From: Sporopachydermia quercuum | Lineage: Eukaryota | DNA: 64,000 nt | NCBI GenBank assembly: GCA_001599295.1 | Contig: BCGN01000010.1 | Coordinates: forward strand, 1 to 64,000 | Direction of reading: 5' to 3' | In this document: piece after piece, positions 54,332 through 64,000 of the stretch | Numbering within the stretch: the stretch's first letter is position 1 | Layout: every line of letters starts with the position of its first letter | Translations under genes and position numbers: made by a program | The notes under the pieces: model-generated | What the model saw: only the letters and a program-made list of their open reading frames with translations | The model's database searches: none | Told to the model about the DNA's origin: nothing

Positions 54332-55942
54332 ATGTGGCATCCGACCAAACCTATCAGATCGTTGTGGCTCAGCATCCATCAAAAGAGAGGTATCCGTATC
54401 ATGTCTGTTTCTTCTCAACCCTCGCTGAAAGACGTTAAAATTTCTTTGACACCCTTGGAAAGTAAACTTCGCAGCTTACTGCTTGAAGTCTCAGAACAGA
54501 TCCATAAAACTGGATCGTCGCCTCAACAGCTAGTACTCAGGTTTACTGGTGGATGGGTTAGAGATAAATTGTTGGGACTACCCAGTGACGATATTGATGT
54601 AGCAATTGACCATATGACAGGAGTAGACTTTGTAAATGGACTGAATAGTTACATAAAAAGCAACGAGAACAATGTTCGTCAAAGATATGATATTGATAAA
54701 GCTGGCTGGGTTTACGTTGTAGCTAAGAATCCTGATAAAAGTAAACATCTTGAAACAGCTACCACTACTCTTTTTGGTCTTAGTTTAGATTTTGTGAATC
54801 TCCGAACGGAAGCATACGTGGAGGATAGCCGAGTTCCGACTGTGAACTTCGGGACCCCCGAGCAGGATGCCTTTAGAAGAGATGCTACTTTGAATGCCTT
54901 GTTTTATAATGTACAGTTAGATGAAGTTGAAGATTTCACAGGGAAAGGTTACTCAGATTTGCAAAACGGTATACTGCGTACACCATTAGATCCTAAAAGT
55001 ACATTTGAGGATGATCCACTTCGTGCTCTTCGCCTAATAAGGTTTGCTGCTCGGTTCAATTTCTCAGTTGATTCAGAAGCCTTATCAGTCATGAAAGAAC
55101 CAGAGGTGCACAGATTATTACTACACAAAGTAAGCAGGGAGAGAGTTCTTACTGAAGTGAAGAAAACAATTCAAAGCGATTTCACGGAAAAGGGGTTGCG
55201 TCTTATAGATGAAGTTAACTTCTATGATCTTATCTTTTGTGTCCCAGTGGAAACACTAGACAGAAATCCTGACTTCTCTCAGAAGCCAACTATCAGTGTA
55301 TCTGAGATTATAAATGCAGTATTAGCTGTTCAAAATTCCCCCGCATTAAATAAACTGATTAAGAATTTGTTTTCTGATCAGCAAAGCAAATGGATCATTT
55401 GGCTATCAAGTTTATTAGGGCCATGGAAAGGAATTTATCTTTTAGATGAAAAGCAGAAGCTACGTCCTAGTTCTTGGATTATTTTAAAAGACGGGCTAAA
55501 AACATCGAGAGCTGATGGAGATTTGGTATCAGGCGCATTGGGTGAATATGAGACAATTAGTAAGTTAGCTGTAAGACAGAAAACAGATATCAGTAGAGTT
55601 GAACTAGGTGAACAACTCAAAAGGAGTAGAGATAAATGGCCCATACATTTTGCTTACAGCATTATCGAAGATACGCTTAAGTATAAAGGTAGCATGAACG
55701 TTGCGGAAATAATTGAGAACTATCAGAAGCTTATTGATCTGATTGATGAATTCAAGCTTCATGATATATGGAATGAAAAGCCTTTACTCAATGGAAAAGA
55801 AGTAATGGTGGTAACTAACGTCAAAGGTCCAGGGTTGAAAGACATAATTGATGAAGTGTTTGAATGGCAGTTAGAAAACCCTGACAGAAATAAAGAAGAT
55901 TGTATTAGAATGTTGGAAGAAAAGTTCCCAGTTTCTCGATAA
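54332..55942 (+). CDS. CCA1: CCA tRNA nucleotidyltransferase, two in-frame ATGs (54332 and 54401)
   Basis: RFTGGWVRDKLLG..SDDIDVA, NPDKSKHLETA, DFVNLR, DAFRRDATLNALFYN, DDPLRALRLIRFA. Confidence 0.95.
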   Translation: MWHPTKPIRSLWLSIHQKRGIRIMSVSSQPSLKDVKISLTPLESKLRSLLLEVSEQIHKTGSSPQQLVLRFTGGWVRDKLLGLPSDDIDVAIDHMTGVDFVNGLNSYIKSNENNVRQRYDIDKAGWVYVVAKNPDKSKHLETATTTLFGLSLDFVNLRTEAYVEDSRVPTVNFGTPEQDAFRRDATLNALFYNVQLDEVEDFTGKGYSDLQNGILRTPLDPKSTFEDDPLRALRLIRFAARFNFSVDSEALSVMKEPEVHRLLLHKVSRERVLTEVKKTIQSDFTEKGLRLIDEVNFYDLIFCVPVETLDRNPDFSQKPTISVSEIINAVLAVQNSPALNKLIKNLFSDQQSKWIIWLSSLLGPWKGIYLLDEKQKLRPSSWIILKDGLKTSRADGDLVSGALGEYETISKLAVRQKTDISRVELGEQLKRSRDKWPIHFAYSIIEDTLKYKGSMNVAEIIENYQKLIDLIDEFKLHDIWNEKPLLNGKEVMVVTNVKGPGLKDIIDEVFEWQLENPDRNKEDCIRMLEEKFPVSR

Positions 55943-56971
55943 AGTTAACGTTCGGCCGACACAGGAAGATAGCTCAAGGTTTAGAACCTTAAATGTATAG
56001 TACTCAAATGTATATAAAATACACTACCAATCTTTCAGATGAGAAGATGAATTAATGGATTATTTGATTGAGCTTTTTGCGCTATTGAACAATAGACAAC
56101 TAAATGTTATATAATATTCGAAGATTAGTGAAGATTACGTCAACTTCTAATGAGCACTCAAAACCTCCGAACTAGAGAAGTTATGGAAGTAATTTCTTGC
56201 TACACTCTTGCTAGAACCTCATTCACTGTCAATAGTTTTCACCGCCCAGTATGTCACTGAAGTAACTATATCCACTGTTTGATGAGCTCTGTTATTACGT
56301 TTCATGATAGAATATTACCGCTCTTGTCGAATCCTGTATTCTTTCCCGTTACAAAGAACAGCGACCCATGTTAGAATTCTTCTATATTTAAGCTTTTTGC
56401 TTATTTTCAAATTGGGAATCTTAAAGTAAAGGCATAAACTTAAAATATATCTCAACTCTCTCTAAGACTTCCCACTTTTCTTCAGTCAGATTCCACTTTC
56501 ATTGCCAGTACCCATTCAAATTAGTATAGAAATAAAAGCCTTTCATAGAACTTTTTCTAGTTCTATTTTTCTTTTATCACTAAAGTCTTCGAAACTCTCA
56601 CACCATTTCCTCCTCTTTAAAGTTTTCCAATCGCTTTCAACTTTTCACCTCACACAGCTAAACTTTATTTCGATTTCTTTTATCACGTGATGTGACNCAT
56701 AAGGTTCGATTAGCAGTTCATTGCAAAAAACAACCAGATCCTTTCCGATGCTCAAATTGTCATTTCGAAACATTGAATGCTACTGATATTGCGATCTTTT
56801 AATCAATAGTAACCCGTTTCTTCTTATTAAATCCCTGTGAAGTCTTTCTACTGTGTGATTGTCTGTATTTATTAAGGATCAAGCTGCAGATTAGTAGCTA
56901 TTGTCGTGTCATTTATCTTGGTACCAATACATGTATTTGGTTGATAGCTATCTCACCAATCTGTCGTCATT

Positions 56972-57670
56972 ATGAGTTTTTCGTACACTCAAACAGCTCG
57001 CAAGATTCTTTGCATTGGCCGTAATTACGCGGCACATATTACTGAGCTCAACAATTTACCCCCTTCCCAACCATTCTTCTTCTTGAAGCCCAGCAGCAGT
57101 ATCCTATTACCAGGACAAGGACCTGTTCTAGTTCCTAGAGGAGTCGTTGTTCATCATGAAGTTGAATTAGCTGTAATCCTTAACAAGGATCTTAAAGATC
57201 TTGACGATAGCTTTTCTGAACAAGATGCTATTGGTGCCATTGAAGGTTATGCTTTAGCCATTGATATGACTGCTAGAAACGTTCAAGATGAAGCTAAAAA
57301 GAAGGGTCTTCCATGGTCAATTGGCAAAGGTTTTGATACTTTCCTACCGTTATCACCGTTTATCCCTAAATCAAAGATCAAAGATCCTTACAACGTTAAA
57401 TTGTATTTGGATGTCAATGGTGAAAACAGGCAATCAGACTCCACTTCGCTAATGATCTTCAAACTCGCAGATATCTTTAAGACTATGTCTCGTATTATGA
57501 CTTTACAAAAAGGTGATTTGATTCTAACTGGCACCCCAAAGGGTGTTGGAGGTATTCATCCTGGTGACAAGATCAATATTGGTTTGATCAATGAAGCTGG
57601 TGAGAATTTAGCACCTTTGGAATTTGATGTTATTCAAAAGCCCGGTCCATATGCCTATAAAGAAACTTAG
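56972..57670 (+). CDS. FMP41: Fumarylacetoacetate hydrolase family protein (FAHD1/Fmp41-like)
   Basis: KILCIGRNYAAHI, FFFLKP, HHEVEL, DMTARNVQ, KGFDTF, ILTGTPKG. Confidence 0.92.
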   Translation: MSFSYTQTARKILCIGRNYAAHITELNNLPPSQPFFFLKPSSSILLPGQGPVLVPRGVVVHHEVELAVILNKDLKDLDDSFSEQDAIGAIEGYALAIDMTARNVQDEAKKKGLPWSIGKGFDTFLPLSPFIPKSKIKDPYNVKLYLDVNGENRQSDSTSLMIFKLADIFKTMSRIMTLQKGDLILTGTPKGVGGIHPGDKINIGLINEAGENLAPLEFDVIQKPGPYAYKET

Positions 57671-58144
57671 GGAATTGTATGGAAACATAAGTGAATAAAA
57701 GTAGATAGATGACATTGGTATATGATATCCATTTGGAATATAACAATTATTAAACCTGAAATTCAATATAAATATTGATGAAACGTTGAATTAAATCATC
57801 TAAAAGCAATCGAATCTTGGCCTATATTTGTTGTTGGATCTTAAAAGAAAGCTGATAAATATTAGAACTTATTACTCAATAACGAGCTTTGAGTTGGATA
57901 AATAATGTAATTCCATCCGTAGAATAGTATAATTTTGTTACCTAATCGCGTTTCCGAAGCTTTCTTTCGAATTTCTATGCATGGAATACAAAATATACAA
58001 GTGGCTATTACAGTCTGTGACATATTCTGCTTATAATTATAATAACATCCTAGCTATATCTAGCTCCATCCATGAATTAATGCTTTTTTACTATATTCTA
58101 CCACCATTTTCTCATTACCAACTATCTAAGATCCGCATAGCAGA

Positions 58145-59143
58145 CTAAAAAAAGCCTTCAACTGGAGGACTGTATCTTCTCAGTAGAACACCACCTTTTC
58201 GTAACACTTCAAAGCTTTTCTCGTCCATACTATAACCCTGAGAATAAACAACTTCGCAAATTCCACTTTGAACAATTTTAATACTACACGTCAAGCAAGG
58301 ACAAGTATTGCAATAGATTGTGGCTTGAAGTCCAATACGATCTCGACCTGCTTCTAATAATGCATTCTCTTCAGCGTGCAAACATAAGCACGTCGATAAT
58401 CCAGCACCAGAACCTTGTGCTGCATTACAACGTTCACAGCCTCCTGCATTACAGTTTTCTAATCCCCTAGGAGTTCCATTATAACCTGTTGAAATGACCC
58501 TTTTGTCTCTGACAACCACACTGCCTACTCTTCTTTTCATACAATTGGACCTTAAAGCTGCTAGATCAGCTAATCTCATAAAGTATGCATCCCATGAGGG
58601 CCTCAAACGCGTCGGGTCTTTTAAATCGACTGATGATAAATGTATATACAACTGTTCCACTGTTTCAAAATTATTAAGGATTTTAATTGTCGCTTGTCCC
58701 ATTAGTCTTACTAACTCGTTGTTATTAGTGTATAGTTGCTTATCAGCTTCAACTGCAAACTTTTCAAGAGAAGTGTGTGCATTAGTTACACTCTTGTTAG
58801 TGAACCTATTCCATCTTTTAACTAACGGAGCATCAATTGATATATGAAGATAAAAAGGTCTCTTGATAAGCGAGTTGTAATATTGCAGAGAAGTTACGTT
58901 ACTGAGAACGTAGTTTGAGTTCCAGGTTCTGGTTACGTGATCAATAAGCTCTTCAATTGATTTGAATTCCGATAGATTTTTGGAGTCAAATTTCGAGTTC
59001 AAATTTATTTCAGATACCTCAGTGATGTCTCTAGAACTATTGTTTCCGTCGGTCAGCCTAAGCTCTCGGAATCCTGCTATTTTCAAATAGCGCGTCAGTT
59101 CAGATTTCCCTGAACATAGACTACCACATATTCCGATAAGCAT
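58145..59143 (-). CDS. DCD1: dCMP deaminase
   Basis: N-terminal P-loop-like domain; RPSWDAYFM, RSNCMKRRVG, TGYNGTP, HAEENAL, PCLTC zinc ligands. Confidence 0.95.
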   Translation of the reverse strand: MLIGICGSLCSGKSELTRYLKIAGFRELRLTDGNNSSRDITEVSEINLNSKFDSKNLSEFKSIEELIDHVTRTWNSNYVLSNVTSLQYYNSLIKRPFYLHISIDAPLVKRWNRFTNKSVTNAHTSLEKFAVEADKQLYTNNNELVRLMGQATIKILNNFETVEQLYIHLSSVDLKDPTRLRPSWDAYFMRLADLAALRSNCMKRRVGSVVVRDKRVISTGYNGTPRGLENCNAGGCERCNAAQGSGAGLSTCLCLHAEENALLEAGRDRIGLQATIYCNTCPCLTCSIKIVQSGICEVVYSQGYSMDEKSFEVLRKGGVLLRRYSPPVEGFF

Positions 59144-59308
59144 TGTGAATTACCAAAATCCTTCCAATTCCTTTCCATTCAAACGACTAACTGGTAATAG
59201 CAACAACATCACAACTGCTCTCATCATCCTCAAATCACCAATGTTCCGCTCGCGGAGTAATTATTTCACTATTCCGCTTTTCATCTCTGGTTAAATCTCA
59301 TTTCTATT

Positions 59309-59373
59309 TCACGTGACCTCATTAAATCAAATTTGGCGTCAGTACTTCTAAAAGGTGTTACTACTTTACGCGT
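59309..59373. promoter_or_regulatory. TCACGTGAC E-box and MCB element ACGCGT in the DCD1/PSD1 divergent promoter
   Basis: TCACGTGAC at 59309-59317 and ACGCGT at 59368-59373. MCB elements are typical of G1/S nucleotide-metabolism genes. Confidence 0.5.
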
Positions 59374-59752
59374 AGTACTGTATAATTCCGAAGGGCGTAG
59401 TTTTCAGCACTAACTTCTTCCCAACAGTATTTGCTGATCACGTAACCAGAATCTCTTTTTCCTATTGTTTACATGTAATGTTTGGTTTTTTTTCACTTTG
59501 TCTTAGTTTGTTCGATTGACGGTACATGAATAAATTTGACCACAAATCACAATCCTTAGTTCATCACATCACATACTTCTTGCAAAACTAATCACGCGAC
59601 GGTTTCCTTTTCCTTTCCATTTCCCTTTTTGTTTGTTTCTTTCTCTTTCTTTCTTTTCTACTTATCCATCTTCGTCAAAAACCCCATCAATATTTTTTGT
59701 TTCAAATATTCTATCAATCAACTAGAATCTTGACTGTCCACTTACCGTTGGT

Positions 59753-59777
59753 TTTGGTTTGGTTTGGTTTGGTTTGG
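59753..59777. repeat. (TTTGG)5 microsatellite upstream of PSD1
   Basis: Five perfect pentamer copies flanked by degenerate copies. Confidence 0.75.
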
Positions 59778-60051
59778 CTTGGTTCATCGATTCGTGTAGA
59801 CCCTTGATTGGACACTAGTTTCTCCTTGGTTGTGCATCGTCTTGTATTGTATGTTATTCTAACTAACTTATAAACATTCATTTATACATACATTTACAAC
59901 AAAGTTTGTACCCATTTCTTTCATTGTTGCACTATAAGACAGTTAGATTGTTCATACATTTGGAAGTATTTGTCCATAGAAGTTTGTGAACGTTTTGATA
60001 GCTTTTTTAAGGGTGGACGGTTCGTATTGAGATCGTGCTTTCAGTTACTAT

Positions 60052-62331
60052 ATGATCACTGACAGAATCTCGGAAATTATTTCTGTTATGCCGTTCCCAA
60101 ATTACGTCCGACAGGTTTCAAAACAATCTGTTAAATCCGTGTCGGGATTAAAACCGAATCCAGTTGGCGGAATAACTGCCTCAGAATTTTCCGATACCAG
60201 TCATCGTTCTGGGCCAAGAAGAAGTTTTTCAACTCCTGAATTGATATCGTTAGCTAAAGATAAATCCTATCCAGAGGTTTCTGTGACTAAGGCCACAGCC
60301 ATTTCAGTTTCGGGATTTTCTTCCGAAATCCCCAGTGTCAGTTACCGCAAATCGGTCCTATCATTGTCGTATGAACTTGATCATCAGTCATTTCCAACAG
60401 CCTCTGTCCAATTAAGTAGACAGAAATCTCGGACTTCGGGTTACCGATTTTATGTTCCGAGTTTCCGTCGGAACCTTTCAACGCTCCCATCGGGTATTAA
60501 AACCCGAGTTGCCAGTTTTGGACCTTATGTTCGCCGAGCGTCAGCTAGATTACCAAGTTTTCGTCGGAATTATACCACTCAAACTACCCTACAACGGAAC
60601 GCAATTACTGCTTCCGCGTCTTCGTCTCAAGAAACATCTTGGCTTTTAACTAGACCAAAATGGCGAACCGGAAGACCAAGATTTTTGAGGTTCCGACGAG
60701 GGAGAAGATTTTTCACCTCTAATTCCAATAACCCAGAAGCATCAAATCAAAGGAGAAACCGAAGAAAGTTTATCCGATGGTGGACAGTAACCTCTTTAGG
60801 TTTAATCTTCTACGGAGTTCTCCGAATGAACCACCAAGACCCGTTCTTTTCGGTAGAGGGGGACGAAACGTCCGATTCTGACTCCGATGCTGACTCCGAC
60901 CCCAACCACAAGAAGTTTAAACCCATCCGCCCTGCAGGGCCTTGGACAGTGTTTGCTTACTCCACATTACCCCTCAAAGCTTTATCTAGACTATGGGGTA
61001 GACTAAATAATATTGTACTTCCAGTGTGGATGAGAGCACCAGGGTACCGGCTTTATTCATATATGTTCGGAGTGAACCTTGATGAAGTAGCCGAAGATGA
61101 TCTCCGAGCGTACCGAAATCTCGGTGAATTTTTCTATCGAGAATTGAAACCAGGAACTCGACCTATTGACTCTGAAGCTCCCGTTGTTTCTCCTGCCGAT
61201 GGGAAAATCATTCATTTCGGGGTAATCCATAACCGAGAAATCGAACAAGTTAAAGGAATGACATATTCCCTTGACGCTCTTCTCGGTCCGTCCGGCAATC
61301 CTTCCGTTGCCGATTCCGTTACCAGTTCTGTATCTGGTTCAGATACTGAAGCTGAATCCAGCTCACTCCATAATCTAGCAGCACCCACCCATGAAGTAGA
61401 CTTCTCTACCGAATCAAAACATTTGGACGAACGCGAAATTTACGAACGGGACAAAGAATTTGCCCGATTAAACGGAATTCCTTACACTTTAGACGATTTA
61501 ATTGGAAATGATTCCGATAAATCCCGACATTTGATTGCCAACACTAGGTATAAACAAGACGGTGATGCAACAGCAGGTAAAACATCATCGTCAACCGTCG
61601 CCAAAGTAACGACAGACATCATTGGATCTAGACCAATCTCTAAGAGTGATAAAGATCTATTCTTTGCTGTTATTTACTTAGCACCAGGTGATTATCATCG
61701 ATTTCATTCACCAGTTAATTGGATTGTTCGCCTAAGAAGGCATTTTGTAGGAGAGCTTTACTCAGTTGCTCCATATTTCCAAAGCCATCTTTCAGGATTA
61801 TTTACATTGAATGAAAGAGTAGCATTATTGGGCCAATGGAAGTATGGATTTTTCAGTATGACCCCAGTTGGAGCGACAAATGTTGGTAGTATTTTAGTAC
61901 ATTTTGATAAGGATTTACGAACAAATACTGTATGGGAGCCACTTACCGCTTCTAGTAGGGATCCACAGAATAAGGGAAGTCCAGTAGGAAGTTCAGAAAC
62001 GGACCGATTACTTGAGAATGGCAATTCAAGTTCGGAACACGGCTCAACATCGGAAGCAGACTCAACTACAAGTTCCAGCGTAACTTCAACCTCGGCTGCG
62101 CCATCATCTAGACGTCGGATGAGGAAGAACACTTGCTATGAAGCAGTTTATCATAAAGCGTCTAAATTACTCAATGGATACCCTCTAACTAAAGGACAAC
62201 AAATGGGAGGATTCAATCTCGGCAGTACTGTTGTGTTGGTTTTTGAAGCTCCCCAGAACTTTGAGTTTACTACTAAGATAGGTCAGAAGGTTAAAGTAGG
62301 AGAAGGTTTAGGTGTTATTAAGGATGATTGA
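60052..62331 (+). CDS. PSD1: Mitochondrial phosphatidylserine decarboxylase proenzyme
   Basis: YSTLPLKALSRLWG, SPADG, VIYLAPGDYHRFHSP, LNERV, VGATNVGSI, GGFNLGSTVVL (LGST autocleavage site); Arg/Ser-rich N-terminus and a TM segment. Confidence 0.95.
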   Translation: MITDRISEIISVMPFPNYVRQVSKQSVKSVSGLKPNPVGGITASEFSDTSHRSGPRRSFSTPELISLAKDKSYPEVSVTKATAISVSGFSSEIPSVSYRKSVLSLSYELDHQSFPTASVQLSRQKSRTSGYRFYVPSFRRNLSTLPSGIKTRVASFGPYVRRASARLPSFRRNYTTQTTLQRNAITASASSSQETSWLLTRPKWRTGRPRFLRFRRGRRFFTSNSNNPEASNQRRNRRKFIRWWTVTSLGLIFYGVLRMNHQDPFFSVEGDETSDSDSDADSDPNHKKFKPIRPAGPWTVFAYSTLPLKALSRLWGRLNNIVLPVWMRAPGYRLYSYMFGVNLDEVAEDDLRAYRNLGEFFYRELKPGTRPIDSEAPVVSPADGKIIHFGVIHNREIEQVKGMTYSLDALLGPSGNPSVADSVTSSVSGSDTEAESSSLHNLAAPTHEVDFSTESKHLDEREIYERDKEFARLNGIPYTLDDLIGNDSDKSRHLIANTRYKQDGDATAGKTSSSTVAKVTTDIIGSRPISKSDKDLFFAVIYLAPGDYHRFHSPVNWIVRLRRHFVGELYSVAPYFQSHLSGLFTLNERVALLGQWKYGFFSMTPVGATNVGSILVHFDKDLRTNTVWEPLTASSRDPQNKGSPVGSSETDRLLENGNSSSEHGSTSEADSTTSSSVTSTSAAPSSRRRMRKNTCYEAVYHKASKLLNGYPLTKGQQMGGFNLGSTVVLVFEAPQNFEFTTKIGQKVKVGEGLGVIKDD

Positions 62332-64000
62332 GGAAATATAATTGTGGGGTAAAGTTCGAATTCGAATTTGATGTTGCTACTGCAGTAATTGGAATACCAG
62401 CATTTATTGTTGTTGGGTTCTTGCACTAATTATAGCTCTGCTACAATAGTTCATTTGATACTACAAACATTCATTTGGTTTCTTTCATATATAGACTGGT
62501 TCAAACTACTAGTGAAAAGGATCCTTTGATATTGAACACTATCATCAGCATATAGATAAAAATTATTCAATGCATATTTCATTTTAGTTGATTTCTTGCT
62601 GCATAGTAGAGTTAATACAGTTAATGTTCAGCGAAAAACAAATAATACATAATTAATATACTCAAGTTTTTATTGACGGCATTCATTGATTCTTTCATTA
62701 ATGTTATAATTAATGTTTTGGTTAATTAATATAACAGAGTTAGTATATCAAAAAACAATGATTTATGATCAATGAATATTAATGTAATTATTGCAGTAAT
62801 TGATACGTAATTTATGTAAAAGTTACCACAATCATTACTATTACATTTATAAATTAATGATTCATTAATGCATATGTAATTAATCAACCTCTTATTTACA
62901 TTTATTACATTTTTACGGCAACCAATTTTTTTTTCACAATTTCTTCTGAATAGAAAACACACAAACTGAGTATTTGTTAGTTGGCCTTGAATACAAAAGT
63001 CTTGTCAGCAGCAAATGAACAGAAATAAAGCAATCAGTAATTATTGCAATAAGTCGATCTTTCGTTTATTTTCTTGGTATAAATGAAAATAAATGCTCAT
63101 TAGAAGTACAGTAATGAACAACATACGCTTGATGTAGAGCAAATAAGCTTAAATTAAAACTGATTTTTAGAATGCACTATATTATTAGCTTAGCAATAGC
63201 ATAGAGATCATACTGAAAACGTTTCTGCTTCAGGTTAAACGTAGCCAGTTGATTATAATTTGCAGCCGTAAATTCAAGCTCAAGTTTGATATAGTCACAA
63301 GTATTATATTCATTTGTTATCAGTCATTGGTACTAAGTTTAATTCATGCTATTTATACTGTTTATTCAATTTAAGAAATTTATGCTATTAATGCAATTAA
63401 TGTTCATAGCTATAGCGTTGATGAAGATGTAATTTGAACCTTTGAGCCTTTAATGAACTTATCAATATATATATGAGCAGCTCGTTGCGCTGTGTATTTC
63501 ATTGCCGAAATGCTCATCAAAGTTCTCTTGAAGCAACATTGTGTACAGAGGAAGTGATTATTCAGAGCGAGTGACAGGTTTCCCGTTCGATATGAAATCT
63601 GAGGAATAAATGTAATGCAATTGGTGGATGAACTTTATTATGTTATTATGTTATTCTGCATAAAATCTTTGCTGTAAACAGACAGGAGTGCCGGGACGGA
63701 ACGGAGCAGAGCACGTGGAAGGCCAATAGTTGGCAGATTGTTTCCGTAGTTGTTCGCTGTTTCGGATGTTTCCGTGTCATCCCGAATAACGGAAACAATC
63801 AGAATCTCTCTTTCCAAATACCAATTAAAATCACAAACCAATTATTTTGCTGCATCGTTTACTACTACATCGATTCCGCTATTTTCTCCGTTTACTGGTC
63901 TATGTTTTCCACTATCCGTCTCAGATAGTGTCTCCGGTATCCAGAAATCACTCCCCAGGAATATTCGCCCATTTCATCATCTTTTATGCTACACATCCGA

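Noticed and set aside
56695..56720. GGTTCGA B-box-like word (similar at ~25671 and ~49736) as tRNA
   Set aside because: No cloverleaf, A-box or acceptor stem could be formed.
62600..62960. Very AT-rich tract as origin or centromere
   Set aside because: No diagnostic elements; consistent with 3' intergenic DNA.
63638..64000. Possible 3' end of a minus-strand gene entering from beyond the window (frame ending at 63892) and a 67-aa ORF
   Set aside because: Too short and without motifs to support; needs the next window.

Overview
This is the left end of a budding-yeast (Saccharomycotina) chromosome. CTG appears to encode Leu, and introns are GT(A/G)AGT...branch point...YAG type. It starts with an unusual 11-bp telomeric repeat (CCCAACTACCT)n. 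Only ~1.15 kb of relic DNA follows before a four-gene, same-strand subtelomeric cluster: a Zn2Cys6 regulator, a peroxisomal (SKL) FAD amine oxidase of the fructosyl-amino acid/pipecolate/saccharopine oxidase family, a divergent 5-oxoprolinase and a Dal5-family permease. All four promoters share a (TAAGGT)n tandem motif and GATAAG sites, and the three non-regulator promoters also carry CGG-N5/6-CCG sites. This looks like a co-regulated nitrogen-scavenging pathway, probably for an N-substituted pyroglutamate/lactam (inference). Next come an intact bacterial-type ABC-F ATPase behind a yeast-style promoter (candidate horizontal transfer), a probable decayed fungal globin and a second Zn-cluster TF. 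The rest is mostly ordinary core genes: MYO5, DUN1 (hidden 18-nt first exon and 666-nt intron), SAK1, a kelch-like membrane protein, ARO2 (intron), SRP102, VFA1 (intron), a CP-motif Zn-cluster TF, CCA1, FMP41, DCD1 and PSD1. No tRNA, rRNA or CRISPR array was seen.
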